Counted from the first letter of the stretch, positions 39,678-51,141 are shown. The stretch: DNA of 64,000 nt from an uncultured Eubacteriales bacterium (GCA_963652335.1 CAVJSS010000001.1:125179-189178); one strand, 5' to 3'. Notes: a model not told the origin generated them from the sequence alone. Numbers and translations: made by a program.

Positions 39678-42080
39678 ATGAGCTATGACCCAAATCAAAT
39701 AGAGCCGAAATGGAGAAAATTTTGGGCTGATAACAAAACTTTTTATTGTGACACGCATGATTTCTCCAAGCCAAAATATTATGTTTTGGACATGTTCCCG
39801 TTCCCTTCCGCGCAAGGCTTGCACGTTGGGCATCCTGAGGGATATACGGCTACCGACATCGTCGCTAGGATGAAAAGGATGCAAGGCTATAACGTTTTGC
39901 ATCCGATGGGTTGGGACGCTTTCGGATTGCCGGCTGAGCAATTCGCCATAAAAAACAATGTCCATCCAGAAGAATTCACCAGGAAGAACATCGACAATTT
40001 CCGCAATCAGATCCAAATGCTAGGAATGTCATACGATTGGGACAAGGAAATTGCCACCATCGATCCTGATTATTACAAATGGACACAATGGATCTTCGTT
40101 AAGATGTTCGAACACGATTTGGCTTATGTTGCCGACATACCCGTCAATTTCTGCCCTGAATTAGGAACCGTTTTGGCAAACGAAGAAGTAATCAACGGTT
40201 TCTCCGAACGTGGCCATTTCCCTGTAATCCGCATGCCAATGAGGCAATGGATTCTTAAAATAACCGCCTATGCCGATCGTCTCGAAAAAGATCTCGACGG
40301 ATTGAATTGGCCAAAAGGCACATTGGATATGCAACGCAACTGGATCGGTCGCTCAAGCGGCGTCCAAATAACTTTCAAAATGGAAAAATCGGACGATACT
40401 TTTGATGTCTTTACCACTAGAGTCGATACGTTGCATGGCTGCACATATTGCTGCTTGGCGCCAGAACATCCTTTAGTCAAGAAATTGGTAACGCCTGCCC
40501 AAAAAGAAGCGGTAGCCGCTTATATAAAAGCTACACAAGCTAAATCCGACATGGATAGAACAACCCTTGAAAAGGAAAAAACCGGCGTCTATTTAGGCGT
40601 TAACGCCATCAATCCAATCGATGGAAGAATCATTCCTGTTTATGTCGCTGATTATGTCCTTGGCTCTTATGGAACGGGTGCCGTTATGGCAGTCCCAGCC
40701 CACGATGAAAGAGATTATGCCTTCGCTAAAAAACACAGCCTTCCGATGATTCAGGTTTTGGAAGGCGATATATCGACTGAAGCGATGGTGGGCGATGGGA
40801 AACATATCAATTCAAAAGAAGCAAACGGATTGAACATCGCCGAAGCAAAGGCCGCTATCGCTAAAATTTTGGAAGAAAAAGGAGTCGGCAAGGTCGTCAT
40901 CAACTATAAACTTCGCGACTGGACATTCTCTAGGCAACGCTATTGGGGAGAACCGATTCCTACTTTCCAAACCGAAGACGGGACGGAACACGCCTTATCC
41001 GAAGATGAACTGCCATTGGTTTTGCCTATCATGGAAGACTATCGTCCAAGCAAAGACGGCAAGCCTCCTCTTTCTCGCGCACCTAAAGATTGGCTAAATT
41101 TCGAATACGATGGCCAAAAAGCCCAAAGAGAAACCAATACGATGCCGCAATGGGCTGGCTCTTCTTGGTATTACCTTCGCTACATCGATCCGAAAAACCC
41201 AAACGCCATCGGCGATCCGGAATTATTGAAACATTGGCTTCCTGTCGATTTATACATCGGCGGTCAAGAACATGCCGTTTTGCATCTTTTATATGCCAGA
41301 TTCTGGCATAAATTCCTTAAAGATATCGGTGTCGTTGATTGCGATGAGCCTTTTGCCCGTTTGTATCACCAAGGTATGATTTTGGGCGAAGACAACGAAA
41401 AGATGTCCAAATCCCGCGGCAACGTCGTCAATCCAGATGCGGTCGTAAAGGAATATGGGGCAGATTCGCTTCGTTTGTTCGAAATGTTCGCCGGACCTTT
41501 GGCTGATGCCAAGCCTTGGAATACGACTGGCATAAACGGAGCCCGTCGCTTCATAGAAAGAGTCTATCGTTTGGTTGATGAAGAGGAAAACGTCAAAAAG
41601 ATCGTCGATGATGATAACGGGTCCTTAAAATATTCATATAATCAATTGGTCAAAAAATGCAGCGAGGATTATGAGGCTTTGGCCTTCAACACAGCCATTT
41701 CCCAAATGATGGTCTTCGTCAACGACTGCTACAAAGCCAAAGAAATCTATCGTCCTTATTTGGAAAATTTCATCAAGATGTTCTCTTGCGTTTGCCCATT
41801 CGTCGGCGAAGAGATTTGGCGGAAATTGGGACATAACGATTCCATTGCCTATAGCGAGTGGCCAAAATACGATCCTTCCGCTTTGGTACTTCCGACCATC
41901 AAGTTGGCGGTTGCCGTGAATGGAAAGACAAGATCCATCATCGAAGTCGATTCATCCGCTTCGGAAGATCAAATCAAAGAAAAAGCCTTAAAGGACGAAA
42001 AAATAGCTTCCTTCATCGGAAATAGCCCGATCAAGAAAACGATCGTCGTCAAAGGCCGCATGATCAACTTCGTTATCTGA
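39678..42080 (+). CDS. leuS: Leucyl-tRNA synthetase
   Basis: HVGHPEGY (HIGH) and KMSKSRGN (KMSKS) motifs with full-length conservation. ATG at 39678. Confidence 0.95.
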   Translation: MSYDPNQIEPKWRKFWADNKTFYCDTHDFSKPKYYVLDMFPFPSAQGLHVGHPEGYTATDIVARMKRMQGYNVLHPMGWDAFGLPAEQFAIKNNVHPEEFTRKNIDNFRNQIQMLGMSYDWDKEIATIDPDYYKWTQWIFVKMFEHDLAYVADIPVNFCPELGTVLANEEVINGFSERGHFPVIRMPMRQWILKITAYADRLEKDLDGLNWPKGTLDMQRNWIGRSSGVQITFKMEKSDDTFDVFTTRVDTLHGCTYCCLAPEHPLVKKLVTPAQKEAVAAYIKATQAKSDMDRTTLEKEKTGVYLGVNAINPIDGRIIPVYVADYVLGSYGTGAVMAVPAHDERDYAFAKKHSLPMIQVLEGDISTEAMVGDGKHINSKEANGLNIAEAKAAIAKILEEKGVGKVVINYKLRDWTFSRQRYWGEPIPTFQTEDGTEHALSEDELPLVLPIMEDYRPSKDGKPPLSRAPKDWLNFEYDGQKAQRETNTMPQWAGSSWYYLRYIDPKNPNAIGDPELLKHWLPVDLYIGGQEHAVLHLLYARFWHKFLKDIGVVDCDEPFARLYHQGMILGEDNEKMSKSRGNVVNPDAVVKEYGADSLRLFEMFAGPLADAKPWNTTGINGARRFIERVYRLVDEEENVKKIVDDDNGSLKYSYNQLVKKCSEDYEALAFNTAISQMMVFVNDCYKAKEIYRPYLENFIKMFSCVCPFVGEEIWRKLGHNDSIAYSEWPKYDPSALVLPTIKLAVAVNGKTRSIIEVDSSASEDQIKEKALKDEKIASFIGNSPIKKTIVVKGRMINFVI

Positions 42081-42495
42081 CTTGCTTTTGAAGCAAGATG
42101 GCCGTTTCCTTATCTTTCGGTAGGAAAACGGCTATTTTTGATTGTTCAGGGAATTTTTCCCATAGTTTTTTCGGATACAAGCCAAGCAAAGGAACGTGCT
42201 TTTGATTCCTTTTTATATAAGGCGCATTGGTTTCTGCTTCATAGAAGATTTGGGTTTTCAGAAAATCGCCTTCGCTTTTGACTTCCTTTTTGAAGTTCAG
42301 AATCAAAAGCTTATAAAGGTAATAGCAAGAAAAGAGAAAATAAAGAAAGCAAAGAATCAAAATAGCTAGATACCACGATAGCTCCTTTATGCATAGCAAT
42401 GCAATCCAAAGGCCAATCAGACCCAAACAAAGCAATAAGAAAGAGATTCCCAATATCAAGAATTTTGCAAAACCATAGATTTTCGAATATGTCAT
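42073..42495 (-). CDS. Small membrane protein, unknown
   Basis: 140 aa, two N-terminal TM helices. Convergent with leuS with an 8-nt overlap. No homology recognised. Confidence 0.4.
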   Translation of the reverse strand: MTYSKIYGFAKFLILGISFLLLCLGLIGLWIALLCIKELSWYLAILILCFLYFLFSCYYLYKLLILNFKKEVKSEGDFLKTQIFYEAETNAPYIKRNQKHVPLLGLYPKKLWEKFPEQSKIAVFLPKDKETAILLQKQVR

Positions 42496-42597
42496 GGGCT
42501 AATGATACCTTTCCTATGGCTAATTTGATACCAAAGTATATAATTTTACGTGCTCGGTACATGACAAAAGGCCATGACCGAAGCGGAGGCATACAGA

Positions 42598-43353
42598 ATG
42601 CTATTAACTATTGATGTTGGCAATACGCTGACCAAATTCGCCGTCTTTGATGGCGATGAGCTTGTATCGACCTTTAAGATCTATTCCGAAACGAATAAGT
42701 CCGAAGACGTTTATCGTCACGGTTTTTTGACGTTGTTGAAAGACTTGGATCCGAAAGGCGAAATCGACAAAGCCATAATCTGCAGCGTAGTTCCGGTCCT
42801 TACCCACGTTTGGGTATCGATTGCCAAAAAAACTTTGAAGGTAAGGCCTTTGATCGTTGGCCCAGGTCTTAAGTGTGGAATCCCAATCAAAGTGGATGAG
42901 CCGGGATCCGTCGGAACCGATCTTGTGGCCGACGCTTTGGGAGCTTTGGTCGAATTCGGGCCAAGCTGCCTTATTTGCGATATGGGAACCGCGACCAAAT
43001 TCATCCTTTTGGACAAAGATGGCGCTTTCGGAGGCGTTGCCATCGCCCCTGGATTCGGAGTCTCGATGGATTCTTTGGTCAAAAAAGCCGCGGCATTGCC
43101 AGAAGTAAGCGGCATCGCCCCCAAGAAGGTCATTGGCAAAAATACCGCTGATTCGATGAATTCCGGAATTGTTTATGGTGCGGTTTTCGAAATCAAAGGC
43201 TTCGCTCAAGCCATTGAAAAAGAATGCGGTTATCCACTAAAAAAGATTTTAACCGGTGGATATGCTCAATTTGTCGCCAAGCATCTGCCTGAATTCGAAT
43301 TGGATTCGGATTTGACCGTCAAGGGGATCAAGGAAATCGAGAAAAGGAACTAA
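42598..43353 (+). CDS. coaX: Type III pantothenate kinase
   Basis: MLLTIDVGNT start after GGAGG. GTDLVADALGA and TGGYA motifs. Confidence 0.85.
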   Translation: MLLTIDVGNTLTKFAVFDGDELVSTFKIYSETNKSEDVYRHGFLTLLKDLDPKGEIDKAIICSVVPVLTHVWVSIAKKTLKVRPLIVGPGLKCGIPIKVDEPGSVGTDLVADALGALVEFGPSCLICDMGTATKFILLDKDGAFGGVAIAPGFGVSMDSLVKKAAALPEVSGIAPKKVIGKNTADSMNSGIVYGAVFEIKGFAQAIEKECGYPLKKILTGGYAQFVAKHLPEFELDSDLTVKGIKEIEKRN

Positions 43354-43361
43354 AACACAAC

Positions 43362-44069
43362 ATGAACGCACTAAAAATCGTATTTTGGGTATTGCTTGCA
43401 GCCCTTTTGGTCGGAGTTTTCTATTTCTTGGCCAAAGTAAATGCCAAAAAGAGCGACCCAACCACTTCGAAAAAGAACATCATAGCCCAATTGACCAAGG
43501 ACGCATTGTTCCTGGCTATCATTTTGATCATGGGTTTCGTCCCTCAAATGGGATATATAACAATCGCTCCAGGAGTATCTTTGACCCTCATGCATGTGCC
43601 AGTATTGATAGGATGCGCTTGCTTTGGCTGGAAAAGAGGATGGCTCTATGGCTTGTTTTTCGGTGCCACCAGCTGCATCCAAGCCCTTTCCAATCCTGTG
43701 GGATTCAACGCTTTCTTCATATATCCTTGGATATCCATCCTTCCTCGTGTTATCTTTGGTTTGCTCGCCGGCCTTGTCTTCGATTTGCTAAAGAAGCTTC
43801 CGAAGGTCCTAAGAGGACGCCTAGGCATTGGCTTGGCAGGCTTCTTGATGACGATCATCCATACTGGATTGGTCTTCTTGGATCTTTTTATATTCTATCC
43901 AAGCGAGATCACCGCCATGTTCCATAGCACCTCGACTATCGGAAATGGCTTGGTTGTGGGCTTTGCGGTAGCGATCTTGATAGGCGCTTTAGGCGAAGCT
44001 CTCTTAGGTGGGATCGTCACCGCTATTTTGGGACCGATATTGAAAAAACTAGGCGAAAGGAAGGAATAA
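43362..44069 (+). CDS. ECF transporter S component (substrate possibly pantothenate, by context)
   Basis: 235-aa, 6-TM protein with ECF-S-like helix 1/2 features (LFLAIILIMGFVP...ITLMHVPVLIG). Directly downstream of coaX. Confidence 0.6.
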   Translation: MNALKIVFWVLLAALLVGVFYFLAKVNAKKSDPTTSKKNIIAQLTKDALFLAIILIMGFVPQMGYITIAPGVSLTLMHVPVLIGCACFGWKRGWLYGLFFGATSCIQALSNPVGFNAFFIYPWISILPRVIFGLLAGLVFDLLKKLPKVLRGRLGIGLAGFLMTIIHTGLVFLDLFIFYPSEITAMFHSTSTIGNGLVVGFAVAILIGALGEALLGGIVTAILGPILKKLGERKE

Positions 44070-45430
44070 TGCCAAATTTCAAGAAATTGACAAAACAATA
44101 TCAGACAAACGCCTGCGTGGCGTTGCAACAATTCGTGAAAATCAACAGCGTCTATGACGCTTCTTCGATCGCTCATAATGCCCCCTTTGGGGCAGGGGTC
44201 AAAAAAGCTCTCGATTACGTTGCCAAATTAGGCAAAGACATGGGCTTTAAAGTCGATAAGTGCGACGGATATTGCACCGAATTGACCGTCGGGGACGAAG
44301 GACCGATCATCGGGATTTACGCCCACTCTGACGTAGTTCCGGTCTCTGGCAAATGGGATTTGCCTCCGTTTTCCGGCCAATTGAAAGACGGTCGTATTTG
44401 GGGTCGCGGCTCAATCGATGACAAAGGACCTCTTATCGCTTCTTTATATGCTATCAAAGCATTGAAGGATGCTGGGCTTATAAGAGAATATAGAGTCCGT
44501 TTGGTTTCCGGCGGAGACGAAGAAAGAGGCTCATCCTGCTTGGAATATTATTTTCATCATCTTAAAAAAGAACAAGCGGTCTATGGATTCACCCCAGATG
44601 CCGATTTCCCTTTGATATATGGGGAGAAGGCAATCAGGCGCTACAACTTATCGTTTACCGGCCAATTGGGGCCAATAATCGCCGTGGAAGGCGGAGTCGT
44701 TGCCAACGCCGTTTGCGACAAAATCGTGGTCACGATGAAAAAAGACCCAAAATTCCTCTCTCTTTTGAAAGAAAAGAAAATCGATGTCGACATCTCTGAA
44801 GCTGGCGATGTTTCCATCTTGGCTTTCAAAGGGAAATCAGCCCATGGATCGACTCCGGCAGAAGGCATCAACGCCGCTGGAACAGCCTTTTCTTTGATCG
44901 GCGATTTCTACCATTTGGAAAGCCTTTCGAAATTTGCGAAAGCCATCTCGTCCCCTGATGGAAAAGTTTGGGGAGGATATTCCCATTCCAAAGAATTGCT
45001 GGATGCCACTTATAATTATGGAATTGTCAAATACGACGGAAACAAGCTTACTTCCACTTTGGATTTCCGCTTTGGCGAAGAAGCCGATCCTGATCAACTG
45101 ATTGGCAATCTTTCTAAATACGTCGGCCTTGAAGCCCAATTGGTGTCTGACACTGAAGCTTTGTTATTCGATACCAAATCCACTTTGGTTTCGACATTGA
45201 TGAAATCGTATAAGAGACAAACCATGCAATTCTTTGCCAAACCCTTCACGATTGGCGGAGGGACGTATGCCAAAGAATGCAAAAATACCGTCGCTTTCGG
45301 AGCCGTCTTCGAAGGCCACCCAGGCAACATGCATTCCCCTAATGAATACATCTACCTCGAAGACTTCAACAAATGCATGGCGATCTATGCCGATGCGATC
45401 TATTCCTTGGGAAAGGCCGCCAAAAAATGA
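44069..45430 (+). CDS. pepV: M20 family dipeptidase (PepV/Sapep-like)
   Basis: YAHSDVVP...GRGSIDDKGP...SGGDEERG metal-ligand motifs. Confidence 0.8.
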   Translation: MPNFKKLTKQYQTNACVALQQFVKINSVYDASSIAHNAPFGAGVKKALDYVAKLGKDMGFKVDKCDGYCTELTVGDEGPIIGIYAHSDVVPVSGKWDLPPFSGQLKDGRIWGRGSIDDKGPLIASLYAIKALKDAGLIREYRVRLVSGGDEERGSSCLEYYFHHLKKEQAVYGFTPDADFPLIYGEKAIRRYNLSFTGQLGPIIAVEGGVVANAVCDKIVVTMKKDPKFLSLLKEKKIDVDISEAGDVSILAFKGKSAHGSTPAEGINAAGTAFSLIGDFYHLESLSKFAKAISSPDGKVWGGYSHSKELLDATYNYGIVKYDGNKLTSTLDFRFGEEADPDQLIGNLSKYVGLEAQLVSDTEALLFDTKSTLVSTLMKSYKRQTMQFFAKPFTIGGGTYAKECKNTVAFGAVFEGHPGNMHSPNEYIYLEDFNKCMAIYADAIYSLGKAAKK

Positions 45431-46035
45431 GAGGCCGTTTCAAGCCTTGGGCTAAGCCTTATTTGGAAGAACACAAAGAACTTGTTTGTTTCGACGCTAA
45501 ATCAATAGACGCTTCGTTGCCTTTGGATTTGGAAATCGGCGCGGGAAAAGGCGATTTCGCCGTCTCCTATTGCCTCGTCAATCCAAACCGTTATCTTATT
45601 TCCTTGGAGAGAGACATTTCAATCGCCGGATTGTTCGCTAAAAAAGCGGTGGAAGCAAAGATAGAAAACCTTTCCATCATCCCTTTGGATTTCGATAAGG
45701 CTTACGAAGATTTGAGCCATTTCCGTTTCGATAAGATATTCATGAATTTTTCCGACCCTTGGCCGAAAAAGAAACATGAAAAGAGGAGACTTACCTTCGC
45801 CCCTCGCTTGTTTAAGATTGCTTCTTTGCTAAACGAGGATGGGAAAATCGTCATCAAGACCGATAACGATCTCTTTTACGAATTCAGCAAAGAACAGATA
45901 GCGATTGCCGAAATGCGTATCATCGAAGATCAACCATATTATAATGAATTGGCCCAAAACGATTTCATGACGGAATATGAAAGAAATTTCCGAAACGAAG
46001 GGAAATCGATCCATAGGCTGATCGTCTCTAAATAA
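45427..46035 (+). CDS. trmB: tRNA (guanine-N7)-methyltransferase
   Basis: LDLEIGAGKGDF, FSDPWPKKKHEKRRL. ATGA overlap with pepV. Confidence 0.85.
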   Translation: MRGRFKPWAKPYLEEHKELVCFDAKSIDASLPLDLEIGAGKGDFAVSYCLVNPNRYLISLERDISIAGLFAKKAVEAKIENLSIIPLDFDKAYEDLSHFRFDKIFMNFSDPWPKKKHEKRRLTFAPRLFKIASLLNEDGKIVIKTDNDLFYEFSKEQIAIAEMRIIEDQPYYNELAQNDFMTEYERNFRNEGKSIHRLIVSK

Positions 46036-46047
46036 GGAGGAAGGAAT

Positions 46048-46644
46048 ATGTATCGTTTCTTCTATAATCACGATGCATGCGGAGATATCTTGTTTTTGGT
46101 TTTAAGCCCAACAGATAAAGCCGACCATATAATCAAAAAAGGCAACGTCGCAGCATTATACAAAGGAGACAAACTGATTGGCGTCAATTTTTTCGATATT
46201 GGAAAAGTCATTAAAATCCACGCTAAAGGAATGATAAGGACTCCAGGGCAGCCGATGCTTGATTGCGTCAATTCCATGCTTTCCAACGCTTCGCTTTCGA
46301 CCTTGGAGCCGTTGAAAGACACTGGATACAGAGTGATGCAAATAAAGGCCTTGGAAGAGCATCCTATCGATCAGAAAGCTTTTATAGTCACTTTGACCGA
46401 TGGAACGAACACATTCCATTCCGTCTATCGCGATCCTTCTTTGAAAACGGAAGACAAAGTCGTCGTGGCCACCCCTGGATGCATAGCATATGATGGAACG
46501 TTGATTGAAAAAGCTATCGAAAAGAACATTCCTATCGATGTAAGGATATGCAGCGAAAAGGAACTTAAGATTTCCGATGATGATAGCAAAGCCTTCAAAG
46601 CCAAAGAAGAAAGAGTCGGTTCCGACTTCTTTTTAGGAGAATGA
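46048..46644 (+). CDS. ytpR: YtpR-like protein (DUF4479 plus tRNA-binding OB domain)
   Basis: The N-terminal GDILFLVL...IGVNFFD pattern and a C-terminal OB-like segment resemble B. subtilis YtpR. Confidence 0.6.
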   Translation: MYRFFYNHDACGDILFLVLSPTDKADHIIKKGNVAALYKGDKLIGVNFFDIGKVIKIHAKGMIRTPGQPMLDCVNSMLSNASLSTLEPLKDTGYRVMQIKALEEHPIDQKAFIVTLTDGTNTFHSVYRDPSLKTEDKVVVATPGCIAYDGTLIEKAIEKNIPIDVRICSEKELKISDDDSKAFKAKEERVGSDFFLGE

Positions 46645-46647
46645 AAC

Positions 46648-47748
46648 ATGGAACATGAAATCCATTTGAAAGAGGAAGGGAAACTTTCCCGTTTGACCAA
46701 CAAAACCTTCCAATTCGACAAAAGGATCGGAGAAGGATATTTCTCCGCGAATTATTTCCTTAAATCAAGGAAGATCGCTGACGAATGCTTATCCGGACAT
46801 ATCGTCAAATGCCAATGGTTCCAACGCCGCGACAATGCCACTTTATGCGGAATCGACGAATCCATCGCGATTTTGCATACCTTTGCCAGAAATCCAGAAG
46901 ACCTCGTCATCGAAGCCCTCGATGACGGCGATATCATAAATTATGGCGAACCGGTTTTGAAAGTGACTGGACGATATGAAGACTTCGGATTTTTGGAATC
47001 CATCATCGATGGAATCTTAGCTAGGCGTTCCAGCGTCGCCACCAACGTCGCCGAAGTCGTCAAAGCCTTAAGAGGAACGAATTGTTTTTCTATGGCGGAT
47101 CGCCAAGACGATTATCTAACTCAACACGGAGATGGATATGCCACCTATGTCGCCGGAATCAAGAAATTCTCGACCGACGCCCAAGGCGAATGGGTTGACG
47201 TCAAAGGCATGGGCACCATGCCACACGCCCTCATCGCTTTAAGCGGTGGTTCCATCGAAAAAGCGGCCCGTTTGTATCATGAAACCTTTCCAAACGAAAA
47301 AGTCACCGCTTTGATCGATTACAATAACGACGTGGTCACAGACACAATCAAATTGGCCAAAGCCATAGGCCATGGCTTAGGCGCTGTTCGCGTTGACACT
47401 TCCAAATCCTTGATTGACCACTATTTTGATGATAAGGATACCTCTGGCTTTGATCCCCACGGAGTCTGCAAGCAATTGATTTACGCCTTAAGAAAAGCAT
47501 TGGATGAAGAAGGCTTTGATTGGGTCAAAATCATAGTCTCTTCAGGCTTTACGGCCGAAAAGATCGACGAATGGACCAAAGAAGGCGTTCCGGTGGACAC
47601 TTATGGGGTTGGGACATCCTTAGTCAACAACACGACTGTCGGTTTCACCGGAGACTTGGTTGAATTGGATGGGAAGCCACAAGCCAAAGAAGGAAGACAT
47701 GACGTTCCAAGCGATAGATTGAAACTTGTGCCATACCCGATCGCTTAA
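46648..47748 (+). CDS. Nicotinate phosphoribosyltransferase family protein
   Basis: 366 aa. SANYFLKS...CGIDE and GTMPHALI...VRVDTS motifs of the NAPRTase/QPRTase superfamily. Confidence 0.7.
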   Translation: MEHEIHLKEEGKLSRLTNKTFQFDKRIGEGYFSANYFLKSRKIADECLSGHIVKCQWFQRRDNATLCGIDESIAILHTFARNPEDLVIEALDDGDIINYGEPVLKVTGRYEDFGFLESIIDGILARRSSVATNVAEVVKALRGTNCFSMADRQDDYLTQHGDGYATYVAGIKKFSTDAQGEWVDVKGMGTMPHALIALSGGSIEKAARLYHETFPNEKVTALIDYNNDVVTDTIKLAKAIGHGLGAVRVDTSKSLIDHYFDDKDTSGFDPHGVCKQLIYALRKALDEEGFDWVKIIVSSGFTAEKIDEWTKEGVPVDTYGVGTSLVNNTTVGFTGDLVELDGKPQAKEGRHDVPSDRLKLVPYPIA

Positions 47749-47767
47749 GGATAAATCGACGGATTTT

Positions 47768-47800
47768 AAGCATCGCAATCATAAGCGGTGCTTTCTTTTT
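47768..47800 (+). terminator. Rho-independent terminator
   Basis: AAGCATCGC-loop-GCGGTGCTT followed by TCTTTTT. Confidence 0.55.
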
Positions 47801-47866
47801 ACACGGTTTTCATTGATTTTCAGCAACGCTAGGCGTAGTCTCTTATACTCTTATGAAAGGGGTTTT

Positions 47867-48868
47867 ATGAACAATTTGAAAGATCGAGTCACGATATACC
47901 AAGTGGCCCAAGCCGCCAACGTCTCCCTAGCTACGGTCTCACGCGTCATCAACAAAAAAGGCAACGTGACGGAAGAAACCAGAAAAAGAGTAGAAGAAAC
48001 CATTGCGAAATTAGGGTACAAACCATCCGCTTTGGCTCAAGCCCTGGCTACCAATAAATCGACTACCATCGGCATAATCATCCCATCCGTCAATTACGTT
48101 TATATTTCAAATTTGCTTACTGGATTGACCGAAATAGCCAAGGAACTGGGCTTTATCGTGACATTGTTCACTACTTCCCGTTCAAGGGAAGAAACTTTAG
48201 CCACAATCGAAAGGGTCATCACTTCCCATGTCGATGGGGCAATCATCTTTGACGACGAATTGGATTATCGCGATATCGAAACCATCAATTCCTATCACGT
48301 CCCAACGATTGTCATAAATTCCCATATGACAGGCGAACAAGCTGGGTCATTAGCCTTCAATTATGATGAAATATTGCTCAAATTGATCAAGGAATATTAT
48401 CAAAAAGGAAACAATGTGGCCCCGACCTTCTTGCATGTCCATAATGGTGGCCGTTTGGTTTCGAAATGTGAGAAATCCTTTGTCAGATATCATGAAGAAA
48501 GGGATCTTCCGTTCAATATCATCAATTGCGACGATTCATACACTAGGACATATGGAGATTTCAAAGAATATTTCAAATCGCATAAGAAAGGGACGTTTGT
48601 GTGCAACCGCGATTCAATCGCCGCAGCGATCCTCAATGCCGCGACCGAAGCCGGATTATCCATCCCTAACGACGTCCAAGTCCTTTCCATCGTTGGCGGC
48701 AAGTATGCCCATATAGTCAAACCGTATCTTTCCGCAATTTACATCAATATGCAGGAAGTCGGACGCAGAGCGATGTATATGCTTGATGATTTGATCAAAG
48801 GACAGTTGATCCAAAAGACATATACTTTCGAAGGCAAATATGAAAAGAGGGATTCGACCTTGTTCTAA
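47867..48868 (+). CDS. LacI family transcriptional regulator
   Basis: N-terminal HTH TIYQVAQAANVSLATVSRVIN and a periplasmic-binding-fold C-domain. Confidence 0.85.
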   Translation: MNNLKDRVTIYQVAQAANVSLATVSRVINKKGNVTEETRKRVEETIAKLGYKPSALAQALATNKSTTIGIIIPSVNYVYISNLLTGLTEIAKELGFIVTLFTTSRSREETLATIERVITSHVDGAIIFDDELDYRDIETINSYHVPTIVINSHMTGEQAGSLAFNYDEILLKLIKEYYQKGNNVAPTFLHVHNGGRLVSKCEKSFVRYHEERDLPFNIINCDDSYTRTYGDFKEYFKSHKKGTFVCNRDSIAAAILNAATEAGLSIPNDVQVLSIVGGKYAHIVKPYLSAIYINMQEVGRRAMYMLDDLIKGQLIQKTYTFEGKYEKRDSTLF

Positions 48869-48924
48869 ATAATGATTGCTTTATATCTTTATGGTGGCAA
48901 AATACACCCCCGAGGAGATTTTTT

Positions 48925-50172
48925 ATGAACATTATCGATGATTTGAATTATCGTGGATTAATCGAACAATATTCCAATGAAGACGCAGTAAGGGAACTTT
49001 TGGAAAAACCAACCACCATCTATTGCGGATTTGACCCTTCCGCTTCTTCCATGCATGTCGGGAATTTCGTTATGATCTCTTTGCTTATGCGCTTGCAACG
49101 CGCCGGACATAAGATAATCGCCATCGTTGGCGGTGCGACTGGTATGATCGGCGACCCTTCTGGCAAAAGCAAGGAAAGAAACCTTCAAACCAAAGAGACT
49201 TTAGCAGCAAACACAGCTGCCATCAAAGCCCAACTTGAGAGATTCTTGGATCTATCCGACCCAAGCAAAGGAATCATATTGAACAACTATGATTGGCTGG
49301 GAAACATGAATATCCTCGATTTCCTACGCGATTATGGCAAATACTTTCCGATTGGCTATATGCTCAGCAAGGAAATCGTTTCTTCCAGATTGGAGGCTGG
49401 GATTTCCTTTGCCGAATTCACTTATCAGATCCTTCAAGCGGTGGATTTCTATCATCTTCACCACAGTGAAGGCGTTGCCATCCAAATCGGTGGGAATGAT
49501 CAGTGGGGCAATTTGACCGGTGGTTTGGAATTGATAAGGAAGATCGATGGAAATGACGAAAAAGTCGAGGCCATGACTTGTCGATTGATTACCAGAAGCG
49601 ATGGCAAGAAGTTCGGAAAATCCGAAAAAGGAGCCCTGTTCCTCAATCCTGAATTGACTTCCCCATATCAGCTGTATCAGTTTTTCATAAACACGACCGA
49701 CGAAGATGCGATTCGTTACATTAAGGTCTTCACTTTCCTTAATCATGACGAAATCGAAGATATCGCCAGAGAACATATCGCTAATCCTGGAATGCGCATC
49801 GCTCAAAAGAGATTGGCGTACGAAGTCACTGCTTTGATCCATGGCAAGGAAGCTGCCGATGAAGCTGTTGCCATGTCAAATGTCTTATTCACCGGAGACG
49901 TCTGCTCTTTAAGCGAGAAACAAATCGTCGAATTGCTCGGCTCCTTGGAAACAAAAATCGAAGAAGGATTGAATTTGGTTGATATTTTGGTCAAAGTAGG
50001 GGCCGCCCAATCCAAGACCCAAGCCAGAACTTTCATCGCCCAAAACTCTATTTTGATAAATGGGGAGAAAGTCACGGACGAAAATAAGGCTTTCTTTAAA
50101 AAAGACGCGATGTATCGGAAATATTTGATCATCCGCAAAGGCAAAAAGAATTATTTCTTGGCCAGTTTCTAA
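48925..50172 (+). CDS. tyrS: Tyrosyl-tRNA synthetase
   Basis: HVGN (HIGH-type) and KFGKS (KMSKS-type) motifs, plus a C-terminal S4-like domain. Confidence 0.95.
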   Translation: MNIIDDLNYRGLIEQYSNEDAVRELLEKPTTIYCGFDPSASSMHVGNFVMISLLMRLQRAGHKIIAIVGGATGMIGDPSGKSKERNLQTKETLAANTAAIKAQLERFLDLSDPSKGIILNNYDWLGNMNILDFLRDYGKYFPIGYMLSKEIVSSRLEAGISFAEFTYQILQAVDFYHLHHSEGVAIQIGGNDQWGNLTGGLELIRKIDGNDEKVEAMTCRLITRSDGKKFGKSEKGALFLNPELTSPYQLYQFFINTTDEDAIRYIKVFTFLNHDEIEDIAREHIANPGMRIAQKRLAYEVTALIHGKEAADEAVAMSNVLFTGDVCSLSEKQIVELLGSLETKIEEGLNLVDILVKVGAAQSKTQARTFIAQNSILINGEKVTDENKAFFKKDAMYRKYLIIRKGKKNYFLASF

Positions 50173-50277
50173 ATCGATTTGAATAGGCGCTCTTGAAATC
50201 GGAACGCCTTTTTTATTTGAAAATAGAAGAAAAAAGCACCCATGAGGATGCTTAGTTCGCTACTTGGATGGAATGGA

Positions 50278-50883
50278 TTACAACAAACGGTTGTAGTATT
50301 CGATGATTTGGGCTTCGTTGATATTGAGAGCGAGTTCGTTTCTTTCTGGCAAACGAGCGAATGTGCCGGTGAATTTTTCTTCATCGACGGTGACGTAGGC
50401 TGGAACGACCGGCTTTCCTTCGAGAGACTCTTTGACGACCTTAAGTGGGCTGGTCTCGACGAATCCGATGACATCTCCGACTTTGCAGAGATAGCTTGGA
50501 ATATCGACTTTTTTGCCGTTGACTGTGACATGGCCATGGTTGACCAATTGACGGGCTCCGGCACGGGTGCGAGAGAATCCCATACGATAGACAAGGTTGT
50601 CCAAACGAGATTCGAGGATGCGGAAGAAGGCCAAACCGGTAACGGTGGTTTCTTTCTTAGCAAGGACGAAAAGACGACGGAATTGACGTTCGGAAACGCC
50701 ATAAAGCTCGCGAAGTTTCTGCTTTTCGACGAGCTGCTGTCCGTATTCTGACGGCTTGCGCTTGCGATCTTGGCCATGTTGGCCTGGCCCATAAGCGCGC
50801 TTTTTCAATTCATCGCCGGTCTCGGAGATGGAAAAGCCAAGACGACGAGATTGTTTCCAAGTGGATTTGGTGTATCTAGACAT
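50278..50883 (-). CDS. rpsD: 30S ribosomal protein S4
   Basis: MSRYTKSTWKQSRRLG...RLDNLVYRMGF. 201 aa from the internal ATG. Confidence 0.95.
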   Translation of the reverse strand: MSRYTKSTWKQSRRLGFSISETGDELKKRAYGPGQHGQDRKRKPSEYGQQLVEKQKLRELYGVSERQFRRLFVLAKKETTVTGLAFFRILESRLDNLVYRMGFSRTRAGARQLVNHGHVTVNGKKVDIPSYLCKVGDVIGFVETSPLKVVKESLEGKPVVPAYVTVDEEKFTGTFARLPERNELALNINEAQIIEYYNRLL

Positions 50884-51141
50884 TGAAATGTCTCCTTTCT
50901 TTGCGCTTAAACAAAGTCCGGGGGTATCCCTGTTTCCCGGGTGTCGTTCCTTTCGGCCTTGTAGCTTGAGGCTTACTTTGATTAAATGAACGACGTCAGG
51001 CGGAAACATGACAACCTGCTGCTCTATATAAGCGTGAATACTTTAAGTATTCGGGGCTTCTTCGTCAAGCGAAAAATGCTTTTGAAAGAAAATATCTTCC
51101 CTTGTATGCGTCCGTATTATGCGTGTGCTAAGATATTACGT

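Noticed and set aside
42604-43209. 201-aa and 140-aa minus-strand ORFs across coaX
   Set aside because: They are antisense to the coaX frame, which carries the diagnostic motifs. There is no independent signal.
50169-50792. 207-aa minus-strand and 169-aa plus-strand ORFs overlapping rpsD
   Set aside because: The S4 frame (50278-50883) is unambiguous by sequence. The others are alternative-frame or antisense artefacts.
50884-50990. Possible S4 autoregulatory leader upstream of rpsD
   Set aside because: A CCGGG...CCCGG stem is visible, but I cannot verify the pseudoknot fold by eye. I did not call it as a feature. It can be checked with the Rfam S4 leader models.
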